DNA of 64,000 bases from Camelus dromedarius (lineage: Eukaryota), in assembly GCF_036321535.1 (NCBI RefSeq), contig NC_087436.1, positions 91,948,001-92,012,000 of the forward strand, read 5' to 3'. The position numbers and the translations under genes are program-made. This document shows, one piece after another, positions 12,106 to 23,147 of the stretch (within the stretch, counting starts at the first letter, position 1; each line of letters opens with the position of its first letter). Below the pieces are notes generated by a model that saw only the letters and a list, made by a program, of their open reading frames with translations, was not told the DNA's origin and made no database searches.

Positions 12106-14994
12106 CCTGTTTCTGTCTGTATTTTCCCTGTACTCCCTATTCTTCACTGTAGCAAAATATCAGAGTAAAAACATTTCAAAATAAAAAATAGCATCCACTG
12201 GAGATATCAAGTCAACATGAACAAAGTCATAGGGTACTGTTTATATCTATTTTTTCATGATTAGCATATAGTAAAGAGTTATAAAACAGACTTCAAGAGT
12301 TCAGAATCCATTTATCCATCCTCACAGAGTATAGTAACATCTATATCATTCTACCACCCAAAAATCCGGTCCCTTTTATAAAGCTTGTTCTAACGCAACA
12401 TATATTTATTTTTTAGAAATATGAACTCTTTGAATGTAAAGAGTGTTCAGATTAATCTTATCCTTTTAGTGAAATTATTATCCACTTTCTCTAAAATATG
12501 GTTGAACAGCTATATCACATATCATTTAGAGATCAATTTCTTTGGGAGCACTTTTTAAACTCTTGAAAATGTAAATTAGAATAATTAAATAGATGAACAG
12601 TCTACAACAAAGTTGAAATCAGTTTCTGTTCCTTTTTCTCTTAAGGTTATCTATCCTTGAGGCTAGAGTTTTCAAACTAAAATTCTTCCTTGACTATTTT
12701 CTCTTCTGAGTACTGTTCTAAGGAGTCTTATTGAACCATGTGTTTATAAATCATCCTTCACATTTTGGCAGATTCTCTGAGTGTGAAGGGAACCTTTATG
12801 CAGCTATGCCAACAGGCAGCTCTTAAATCAGAGGAATGTTTTTAAATTAGTTGCTTACTTAATCATCAATGGAACATATTTTGTACATGTTAAAAGTAAT
12901 TAGCATTCTTAAAGAGAATCTTAAGTTGTGTCTTTATGACAGTTTGGTGAAAACTCAAAGGATATCACTACACAGCTGTCACCACATAGAAATAAGGGAA
13001 AAGAATAGATAAGAAAATTCCGCAAAGACATATTCAATAAGACGCTTTGGAAATGGGAATGTTTTAGGAAGACTATTTTCTGGTTAATTATATTTTCAGT
13101 TGAAAACTGGTTTAATCCTTGTTAAAAATGTTGGAAAATGGTATTTGTGTTCTCTAAAGTAGGTGCAAAATAATTACTCTTTGGTTTAGTATCAGTATCC
13201 CCTTTTGTTACATTCATTATTGTTGTAGAATAGAATGAAATTAGAAAATAAAATTATGCTGAAAGAATATTGACACCAGGACATCTTTGAAAATGCTTAC
13301 TTTTAAAATAAACCATTGAAAACAGATTGCTTTGTTGTCGACTTCATCATTTTCTCTAAAGGAGAGCAAAAATAATTTAATTTATTAACAAACTGGGTTC
13401 TTTCCACTGAAATTTTACACAGATGCAGTTAAACATAAACCAGTCATTTTAATCTGAATGAACAGAAAATATGACACTATTGGTTTCTTTTACAATTTAT
13501 TTCAGAAGATTCTCATAGAACACGATAATTAGCTCTAGTTTCAAAGACATATGAAGTATATCAGAGCTTCCAGCTTGAGAGTTTATACTGCATTCTGTGT
13601 GTGATTCAGACAGAATTGGACACATCTGGAAAAATAATGAGAAGGGTCTAAATTCTGTTTTTGTGTGTGAGTCCATAGGGAAAAAATTAAGACTGGATGA
13701 AGTGGGGGTAGTAGAGTGGATTGAATCATGAATTAAAGTTGAACTCCCATGGGACTTTCTGTCCATTTGACTTGATTTTTTAAAGTTTGCCTTTTTATTC
13801 TTCTTTTTTTTTTTTTACTTTTATAAATGATACTTATTTTCATTTATATGGCTTAATTGATGAGGAGAGCACTACAGTGTGATAGGAATAAAAAAGCAGA
13901 ATTTTTTTTTTTATCTTCTGTACCAACCCCATCACTGATTTTGGAACCATGTTCTGGTTCTTTAACCTCCTAGAGCTCTGTCTCCTTATCCATTGTCTGC
14001 TTTCAGAGGATTCCATGTAACATACATTAATTACTTCAGACAATACCTAACAAGTAGTAGATGCTAAAGAAATATTGATTTTCTTGTTTCATCACATTTT
14101 TCAAGAGACAAGTTCATTCTGCATTATTGTTTTCAAAATAAGAAGTCACTCAAATCTTAGCCTCTGAAGTGAGGAACTATGCAGTTTGACTTTCTGAACA
14201 TTTAGCCAGTGATGTCATAGCATTATACAGCAATGTTGTTGAAGCAGGAAGTGATTCATGATAAAACTGAGCACAAAAGTATCATAAGATCTTACACAAG
14301 GGGAAGTTGAAAAAGTATCAGTAGCATGAAATCACTTTAAATCAGACTAGACAAAACCCTAAATGGATTTCTGCTGTGTCATATAATAAGAAAAGTAAAG
14401 ACATTTACAAAGTCACACCCCCTGTACAAAGCCAATATGTTTCTTACAAATAGTACGATGACATTGACTTTCATGAGATGCCTTCTTTGAGTGACCATAA
14501 ATTGCGTTGTTCAAAACTTCTACAACAATAGACTCTGTTTCAAACATGGATAAGAAGCAGAGAAAATATATCATAGATGATATTTTAATAAAAACTTTCC
14601 AAGTTGAGGGTACATATGCTCTAATTATTGAAAACACACAAAAAAGTACTAAAAAAAATTTAAGAAGGAAAAAAAATACATATGTCCCATCAGGCAAACA
14701 CAATCACTAATAAAATGCTTATGACTTTGGTAGAATTTTCCAACCAGTTTCTTACTATATAATTACTAAAATATTATTATTCCATGTGTATATGTTTTCC
14801 TTCCCTTTTGCTTATCTTATTTTTTTTTCCTCCTCTTCTCCTCCACTTCTTCTTCTTTGTCCTCTTTTAATTTCCTCTTCTTCCACTAATTGGCAATTGA
14901 GAAATTTTCCAATTAAAATATATTATTGGGTACAAGACATAGGTATATATCTCAAAATTAGAGATCACATTTTTCTCTGACCTACGTGAAATCA

Positions 14995-15544
14995 TGCCAC
15001 TGAGTTCACACTCATACTGCTCACTGCACAACAGTTCAATAAATTGAGAGATGAGGTGCTGGGGCAAGGAATAGCAACTTTATTAAGAAAGCCAGAAAAC
15101 AAAGAAGATGGTGGACCAACATCCCAGAGAATCATCTTGCCCGATTCAGAATCCAGTCTTCTTTTACTAAAAGGGAAGGGGGTGTGGGTGGTTGTTGCAA
15201 ACTTCTTAGTACTGGCCAGGCCCTGGAGGGATGTAATAATCCTTTGTTCCTGTAGTGATACATGTAGGTCTGGTCATGATGTTCCTGCAAACCTCCCACA
15301 AGACAAATGTTATTCTCTGTTCTGCAACTTTTTTTCTCTATATGAATGAAAAGTGTTATATCTTTAAAGATCAAGCCTTGGAGGCAGAGCCTTGGGGATG
15401 GGCTATCATGTATACTTCAGGCTACAGGCAACACTCTCTTACAAGGTGCAGAACCAGCATGACCAAGCACAGGCAACAGAGGACAAGGGTTAGAGCCAAA
15501 GGAATAGATCACATATGGAGTCAGGTTTGTTCTTCTTTGTTACA
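14995..15544 (-). mobile_element. ERV1-class solo LTR
   Basis: TG...CA termini (tgccactgag...tgttaca), minus-strand AATAAA near 15080, 4-bp TSD ATCA/GTCA. Confidence 0.85.
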
Positions 15545-15597
15545 GTCACACACAGGGAAGCTAATTTCTGGCCAAATGGTAATTAAAAAGGAAATCA

Positions 15598-16672
15598 CAA
15601 ACTTTTGGTCAACTCATCTTTGACAAAGGAGGCAAGAATATACAATGGAATAAAGACAGTCTCTTCAGCAAATGGTGTTGGGAAAACTGGACAGCAGCAT
15701 GTAAAACAATGAAGCTAGAACACTCCCTTACACCATCTACAAAAATCAACTCAAAATGGATTAAAGACTTAAACATAAGACAAGATACAATAAACCTCCT
15801 AGAGGAAAACATAGGCAAAACATTATCTGACATACATTTCAAAAATTTTCTCCTAGAAGAAATAAAAGCAAGAATAAACAAATGGGACCTAATGAAACTT
15901 ACAAGCTTCTGCACAGCAAAGGAAACCAGAAGTAAAACAAGAAGAAAACCTACGGAATGGGAGAAAATTTTTGCAAGTGAAACCGACAAAGGCTTGATCT
16001 CCAGAATATATAAGCAGCTCATACGACTCAATAAGAAAAAAATAAACAACCCAATCCAAAAATGGGCAGAAGACCTAAACAAGCAATTCTCCAAGGAAGA
16101 CATACAAATGATCAAAAAGCACATGAAAAAATGCTCAATTATCACTAATTATCAGAGAAATGCAAATCAAAACTACAATGAGGTATCACCTCACACCAGT
16201 CAGAATGGCCGTCACTCAAAAATCCACAAATGACAAATGCTGGAGAGGCTGTGGAGAAAGGGGAACCCTCCTACACTGCTGGTGGGAATGCAGTTTGGTG
16301 CAGCCACTATGGAAAACAGTGTGGAGATTCCTCAAAAGACTAGGAATAGACTTACCATATGACCCAGGAATCCCACTCCTGGGCTTGTATCCAGAAGGAA
16401 ATCTACTTCAGGATGACACCTGCACCCCAATGTTCATAGCAGCACTATTTACAATAGCCAAGACATGGAAACAGCCTAAATGTCCATCAACAGGTGACTG
16501 GATAAAGAAGAGGTGGTATATTTATACAATGGAATACTACTCAGCCATAAAAACCGACAACATAATGCCATTTGCAGCAACATGGATGCTCCTGGAGAAT
16601 GTCATTCTAAGTGAAGTAAGCCAGAAAGAGAAAGAAAAATACCATATGAGATCGCTCATATGTGGAATCTAA
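15598..16672 (+). pseudogene. L1 ORF2p C-terminal fragment with one frameshift
   Basis: [27 protein letters not shown]...[11 protein letters not shown], then after a +1 T near 16140 [17 protein letters not shown]...[19 protein letters not shown] (CCHC motif)...SLICGI*. Confidence 0.95.
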
Positions 16673-17042
16673 AAAACAAAAACAAAAACAAACTAACAAA
16701 CAAAAACAAAGCGCAAATACAGGATAGAAATAGACTCACAGACAGAGAATACAGACTTGTGGTTACCAGGGGGGTGGAGGGTGGGAAGGGATAGACTGGG
16801 ATTTCAAAATTGTAGAATAGATAAACAAGATTACACTGTATAGCACAGGGAAATATACACAAAATGTTGTGATAACTCACAGAGAAAAAAATGTGACAAT
16901 GAGTGTGTATATGTCCATGAATGACTGAAAAATTGTGCTGAAAACTGGAATTTGACACAACATTGTAAAATGATTATAAATCAATAAAAAATGTTAAAAA
17001 AAAATAAAAAGCATGTATCAGATCAAAAAAAAAAAAAAAAAA
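15598..17042 (+). mobile_element. Young 5'-truncated L1 (ORF2 C-terminus, 3' UTR, two A tails)
   Basis: Perfect TSD AAAAAGGAAATCA (15585-15597 and 17038-17050) at a TT/AAAA endonuclease site; ORF2p homology; G-rich 3' UTR tract 16769-16790. Confidence 0.97.
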
Positions 17043-17298
17043 GGAAATCAAATCTTTCTCTCAAGTCTTGAAACCTTCCAACCAAGTTTCTTGGAAGACC
17101 TAATTGCCACTCCATAAGTTTGCTGCTCTTGGACTCTGTCATGTTAAACCTAAAACTGTCTTGCAAACTCCAGCCCCCATTGTTTTCTCTTATCCTACAA
17201 CCTATCATTTATTTGTTTCAAATTAGTCATCCCACCTAAGTTATCCTTCTCCCCTGACTCTTAGATATTAGCATATTGTGATTCTGAATCACGTATAC

Positions 17299-17381
17299 AG
17301 AAAGGAAGGAAGGAAGGAAGAAGGAAGGAAGGAAGGAAGAAGGAAGGAAGGAAGGAAGGAAGGAAGGAAGGAAGGAAGGAA

Positions 17382-17467
<86 letters not shown>

Positions 17468-17606
17468 GAGAAAGAGAGAAAGAGAGAAAGAGAGAAAGAG
17501 AGAAAGAGAGAAAGGAAGGAAGGAAGGAAGGAAGGAGGGAAGAAAGAAAGAGAGAAAGGAAGGAAGGAAGGAAGGAAGAAAGAAAGGAAGGAAGGAAGGA
17601 AGAAAA
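17299..17606. repeat. 308-nt pure-purine compound (GGAA)n/(GAAA)n/(GAGAAAGA)n microsatellite
   Basis: Only A and G on the + strand. Confidence 0.97.
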
Positions 17607-17857
17607 CCTGAGAACCAGGCTTCCAAAGACTCTCCGGTCCCAAGAAGGAGCAGTGGAAGGCTAAGGTGGGATATCCTGTCGCGTTAGTAAATCTTGTCTC
17701 TGCTACAATTATATTAAGCAATTTTTATTGTATGAGAAACTATTTGTGAGCGTATTTTAGTGGCCAGGCAACATTAATACAGCATAATTTCCAGACTCTA
17801 TTTCCTACATTAAAGGTGTTTCATTATTATAAATAACAATACAATCATATTATCATG

Positions 17858-18178
17858 CACACCCTCGCCAACAGTTGCTATTTGTGATCTTTTTGACAAT
17901 AGCTGTTCTGATAGGTGTGGGGTGATATCTCACTGTGGTTTTTATTTACATGGGGAGAGTGTCAAGATAGGAGTAGGGGATTAAGAGGTACAAACTGCTA
18001 TGTATAAAATAAGATACAAGGATACATTGTACAGCACAGGGAATATAGACAGTATTTTATAATAATGTTAAATGGAGTATAATCGATAAAAACACTGAAT
18101 ACATTATGTTGTATATATGAAACTAATATAACATTGTAAATCAACTATACTTGAAGAAAAAAAGAAAGAAAAAGAAAA
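17858..18178 (+). mobile_element. L1 3' end preceded by an inverted ORF2 segment
   Basis: 17858-17950 is antisense ORF2 (ggtgatatctcactgtggttttt); 17951-18178 is a sense 3' UTR with A-rich tail. Confidence 0.75.
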
Positions 18179-18270
18179 CTGTACCATTCACAATAGCGTC
18201 AAAACAATAAATACGTAGGAGTAAATGTAACCAAGAAGTGAAGATTTGTACAATGAAAACTATCAGACGT
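18179..18270 (+). mobile_element. Old L1 ORF2 fragment
   Basis: taccattcacaatagcgtcaaaac...aaatacgtaggagtaaatgtaaccaag resembles the PFTIA...KYLGINLT region. Confidence 0.65.
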
Positions 18271-18529
18271 CCATGTATAAAACCATGGAGCATTTTTCCT
18301 ATCTCAACGGTAAAGCACAAGAATATTTTAACCCCTCACTACAATACACAGCCACTATCTAACATCTACCTGCGGGGAAAAGGAAAAGGAAAATACAAAA
18401 AAAAAAAAAAATCAGCATTTGTGTTGTGTCTATCATGTGTCAAAATTTCAGAATCACTATGGAGCTACTTAAAATCTGCACTGCCCTACACGTATTTTGA
18501 CTTTTTTTTTTTAACTTATCATCGTCAAA

Positions 18530-19025
18530 ATCCATTCTCTAAACTATGGTCAAAGCAAATCTTTCCAAAACAAAGTCAATCAAGCTATTCCTCTGTTGAA
18601 AACAGTCATTGTTTCTTATTCCCTATAAGATATAGTCCAAACTTAGCAAATAAGAGCCTCTATGGGGTAGTATTTGGGTGTCTTTCTGGTTTCCTGACCT
18701 CTATATTTCATGCCCCATGACAGCAGTTCACTTGTGACTATGTGTGCCTCCACACTTTCTGCCCATTCTAGTCAGACAGCCTTTCAAACTTGTATCTATA
18801 TGGGAAACACCTGCTAACACCAAAATAGGTAGTACCCCTTCTCTGAGAGTTAATCTGAGAGTTTTAATACTTTTGTGTTGGGCACTATGATATTGACACT
18901 CTATGTGGGCTAGTGATTGTGGTTACTAGTTTAAATTTTTGTTCCTTTCACTTACTTCATAAAACAGTAGTACATAGCACAATGCATAGGGCATGGTGGT
19001 GTTCAACAAACGTTTTTTGAACGGC
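18530..19025 (+). mobile_element. L2 LINE 3' region, degenerate
   Basis: Ends acatagcacaatgcatagggcatggtggtgttcaacaaacgttttttgaa. Confidence 0.55.
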
Positions 19026-20269
19026 ACTGAAATCTCATCAACTCCTGAAATATGAAGCAGAAGATGTTCCTTTTTGGTGCTGTAAAGTCTCACTGTCAAT
19101 CAAATCAATGAAAGTTATAACTCGAGTTAATTAAAGGGCATGAAGAATCAAAGCAATCAGTTCATACCAAGGATCTTTAACTGTTCAATTGGTTTGTCAT
19201 GACAAAAACATGATTTCACTTCAGTTGGAAAAAAGGTGTGATTTCAGAGGAGAAAATTCATATTCTCTTGATTGTTTGACATTTTCTAGTTATCTTGATG
19301 TAGTTTAAATAGACCTTGAATGGCATGGTTTACCCTACTTTCTTTTCCGTGCAGCAAAGAAACACTGAATAACTGGCATACCTGCTCATCTGATGTTTCT
19401 AGGTAATTATTTAAGGCCTGTAGCCGTCACTGTAATAGTCAACTTCCTCTGTTTATCCAGAAGAAGCACAGTGACATTCATCACCAAGTTGCCAGGTGAT
19501 GTCAGCTTGAAAGTGTCATGTTTAAACTTTTAAATGTGTAAGGTTTAATTTACTTGAGTTTGCTTGAGAAATATTTTATACTTAATCCTTTATCTTCAAG
19601 TTAGACGACTAACTGCCTTTGAAAAATTACACTAATCAATTTCATATTCGACTGTATGGTAAATGCTGATAAGTAACCCTCATTTATCAAAAATATTCAG
19701 CTCTACTTGAATTATTTTCAGAACATAGTGCTTTGGGTAACAGTTGCCTTTGGTGATGCTCAAATTAGGTATAAAATGTAAAATGTATAATGAATTAGAG
19801 TAAAAGTATAAAAACGGAGAACTCAGTGAGATTAAGAAAATAACATGTCTAATATATCACACAAAAATCACCATTAATCTTTACATGGAAATAAATATTT
19901 TGTATGTAAATGAGGTGAGCGTGACCTTTACTTGAATGGTCAAAATGTACTAGACTTTTTCTTTAACAGTTATCGAATAATTGTATTGATATTTTACTCC
20001 TCTAAGCAAATACTCTACTTTCAAAATTTATTACTTTTAAACGCAGCCCGACTCACTGAACAGATTTTTAACCTACATGAAAAATGAAGGAGAAATGAGG
20101 CTGAGTCAAGGAAACAATTATAAGGAGGTTGTGTGGAAGGTGTGTAAAGTGCAGCCTTAAATCGGACTCAGCCAGGCCGCTTTGCTTTTGTAAAGGCTCA
20201 GCTCGTCTCACGCCTGGACCATTAAAATATCTTTCTCTAATTTTTTTTAACACTAGACTAATTCCAAAG

Positions 20270-20846
20270 CCAGCCCAGAATATCGCTGTGGTAGAGGTCT
20301 AAAAATCAAACTTTATCACATTCTTCTGAAATATCTTTCATGATTTTCTATTGCCAAGAGAACAAAACTGAAATCCCTTACCATGGGTCTAAGGGCTTTC
20401 AAATACATCTTCGGTTTACCTTTTAAATCTAATCCCTATTCCATTTCACTCCCTAATAAGAATGCTAAAGCTCCTACACATTGAATTTTCTTAGTCTTTT
20501 TCAATTATAGTATATACTTATAAAGGTTATTTATTTAGCCTTTATCTCCTTCTCCAAAGGAAAAACTCGTATTATTCCTTCAAGACATCTCAAGTAGTGG
20601 CTCTTCTGTGAAGCATTTGGCAACATTTCCAGGCAGATCAGTGGCACTTTCCCGTATTCCCACACTCCTTTTGTCAACTATTAGAGCACTTCTCTTCTTG
20701 TGCTCCAATTACCTGTTGTATCCCCTTATCTTTAAACTGCAAGTTCCTCAAAGGCAGAGAGCATACTTCTTTCTGTATTTCTAGCATGAAACACATGGAA
20801 GATACTCAGAAAGTATTTTCTGAGTGAATACATGAATGAATGAATG
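20270..20846 (+). mobile_element. L2 LINE 3' region
   Basis: taaactgcaagttcctcaaaggcagagagc and terminal tgagtgaatacatgaatgaatgaatg. Confidence 0.75.
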
Positions 20847-20853
20847 GTTTGTT

Positions 20854-20856
<3 letters not shown>

Positions 20857-20889
<33 letters not shown>
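20857..20889. repeat. (TG)16 microsatellite
   Basis: Perfect TG repeat. Confidence 0.97.
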
Positions 20890-20892
<3 letters not shown>

Positions 20893-21345
20893 CTTTCCCA
20901 AGAGGAAATGCAATTCATGCAGAACACAATAAACTACCAGGAGTTTATTAACAAAGGGAACACCTTCCAAGATGTCATCATGGAGTGACCACCAGGCATA
21001 TTGAACTAATTCCAGCTAGCCACCAAGTTCGTACCAACTGTAGACTCAACAGACAAGGAGAGGGAATAGTTCCTGGAAACAAGAAAGACAGAGAGACATA
21101 TAGAGTTAAAGGCCTTGAGAGGCACAGTGACTTTCAGTCAACGGGCACAGATTATTGGAGACCACACCAAGGAAGTTAATTATGGAATAAATACTTTGAT
21201 CTATTCTATTTCTTCCCTCTGCCTGTGTCGGTAGCCCTTATTGGCAGACTTCAGCTGGAAGCCTGGAGACCTGGGAGCCTCTTGGCGAGCCACATGGAGA
21301 AGGATGGAGAGTGGATCTAAAAAGGCAAATGGAGACACCCAGCAT
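20890..21345 (-). mobile_element. LTR33-like ERVL LTR
   Basis: ggagagtggatctaaaaaggcaaatggagacacccagca is the reverse complement of the LTR33-type start; tttatt near 20945. Confidence 0.6.
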
Positions 21346-22347
21346 TTTATATATACGTTAACATTATATGTTACACATAATGTTATCTTGAGGGACAGCC
21401 CAATAAGTATCTATATTATCCTTTCCCCTTGCCCAGGTTCTGAATAAACTGAAAAACAAAAGTTAAATTTGGGAAATCAAACTATCCTTTTTTTTTACTG
21501 GAGAGAGGCTAGATTGAAGAATGTGACTTTAAGTCTACTTTCCAAGTAGGTTTGCAAATACTCAGTCTTAAAGCTAAAAGACTTACATCTATTCATAACA
21601 CTCTAACCTGGGACAGTCCTGCATGGTGCACACAGCTGGTAGAGCAGGATCCGGGCTCCCCTCAGCAGATTAGCCCCAGGAGAAAGAAGAATAGCATTGA
21701 GCAAGAACATCTGGTTATTCTTAGTAAATGCTGTTGCAACGCACACTCCATAGTAATGTGAATTTGTAGACAACACGTATCATGACTGACTTTCCTCCTG
21801 GTTCTAGACTCCCAGTTATCAAGCGGGAATACATAAGACTCTGGAACCTCAGGAGGGGGAAGAGGTGGTAGAGGAAAAGGTGAGACACGGCAGTGAAATG
21901 ATAGCTAACCCCATCTCAGGAAGCTGGGAGGTGGATGGCGCATCCTCTGTCATCAGCATTCATTCCCCCGACCCAACCCGCCTATATCAGATTGCTGAAA
22001 TTAGCACCAACAAACCTGAAGATTTTTGAACTTGCAGCCTCTGTTTTAGCAGTCCCTGCCAATCTTAGGATCCAGAATGATCCCTAGCAATATTTAACTT
22101 TGATCAACAACAATCTCCAGATGGTGTCAAACTAGTTAGGATTTGGACTGATTTGAAATGTGAAATCAGATCTTCAGAAATCCAGCCAGCCCACCCTGGT
22201 CATTCATTAACCTCTCAATGGCAAAACCTCACATTTCACATGATTAAAAATTTTAGACTCTGTACATAGTGTTACAGAGATGTAGTAAGTAAAGGAGAAG
22301 AGACGGGCACTTAAAGGAAAGCCCTCTTCACTGAATCAAGAGCAGAA

Positions 22348-22735
22348 AACCATAGACACCATTGATAAAATCACTGGCTGATTTGGTGATTGATTCAACC
22401 TCCACGCCCCCTCCCCCCCCTAGAAGTCAGGAGCTGGGACTAAAAGTTCCAACCCTCTATTCACATTGGTTCCCCCAGCAATTTTAGGAACTTTTCGAAA
22501 GTTACTTCATTACAATAAACCCAGTCATGGTGGAAAGAGGTTTGTTATGAATAATAAGACACCTATTTTACCTTTATGGCTCTGAAATATTTTCAGAAAC
22601 TGAGGACAAGAAACAAAATATTATAACCAAAGATACTCCTATTGCTCTTATTGCTCAGGAAATTCCAAAGGTTTAGGGAGTTGTGATCCAGGAACTGTGG
22701 ATAAAGACCAAATGTGTATTTCTTGAAAATATCAC
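22348..22735. mobile_element. MER21-like LTR fragment
   Basis: ggtgattgattcaacctcc, aaagttccaaccctcta, gctcaggaaattccaaaggtttagggag...aaagaccaaat. Confidence 0.75.
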
Positions 22736-23147
22736 CAGAAGAATAACAATTTGGGAGGCACAGATCCAGGTAACCCTGAAAGCGTGGTCTGAGGAAGAGA
22801 GAGTCAGGGAGTCATAAAGACAAAAACCCCGAAGCTGGTCAAAGTTGCCAGGGGAGAACTGTGATTGACTCTGATGCAAGTCAGGAAACACTTGTCCTTG
22901 AGGACTCACAAGTTTGTTTTAGGGCAGGCGTCTGAGAAACAGATAGACTGTCACGAGTTGTTTCAGGGTGAGGGTCCCATAAGCATCCTGAGTGCTGGGC
23001 AGGTGTTCTGAATCACTTTATTCGGTCAAAATGTCAGATCCCATCCCGGCTGAGACATACATAAATCATACTTCCTTCCTGGCCTCTTGGCTCCGTTTTA
23101 GAGAGCTCTCTGAGCAATACCAACTCCATTTTGATATTCCTTTCACA
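22736..23147 (-). mobile_element. ERV LTR segment (possibly continuous with 22270-22347)
   Basis: Ends aactccattttgatattcctttcaca, the reverse complement of a tgtgaaagga...aaaatggagt LTR start. Confidence 0.6.

Noticed and set aside
15609..16145. 178-aa minus-strand ORF
   Set aside because: Antisense shadow of L1 ORF2.
17236..17721. ORFs of 121-161 aa (FLSF/ERKK repeats)
   Set aside because: Translation of a stop-free microsatellite.
18238..18720. 160-aa ORF
   Set aside because: Spans L1 and L2 fragments and A/T runs; chance frame.
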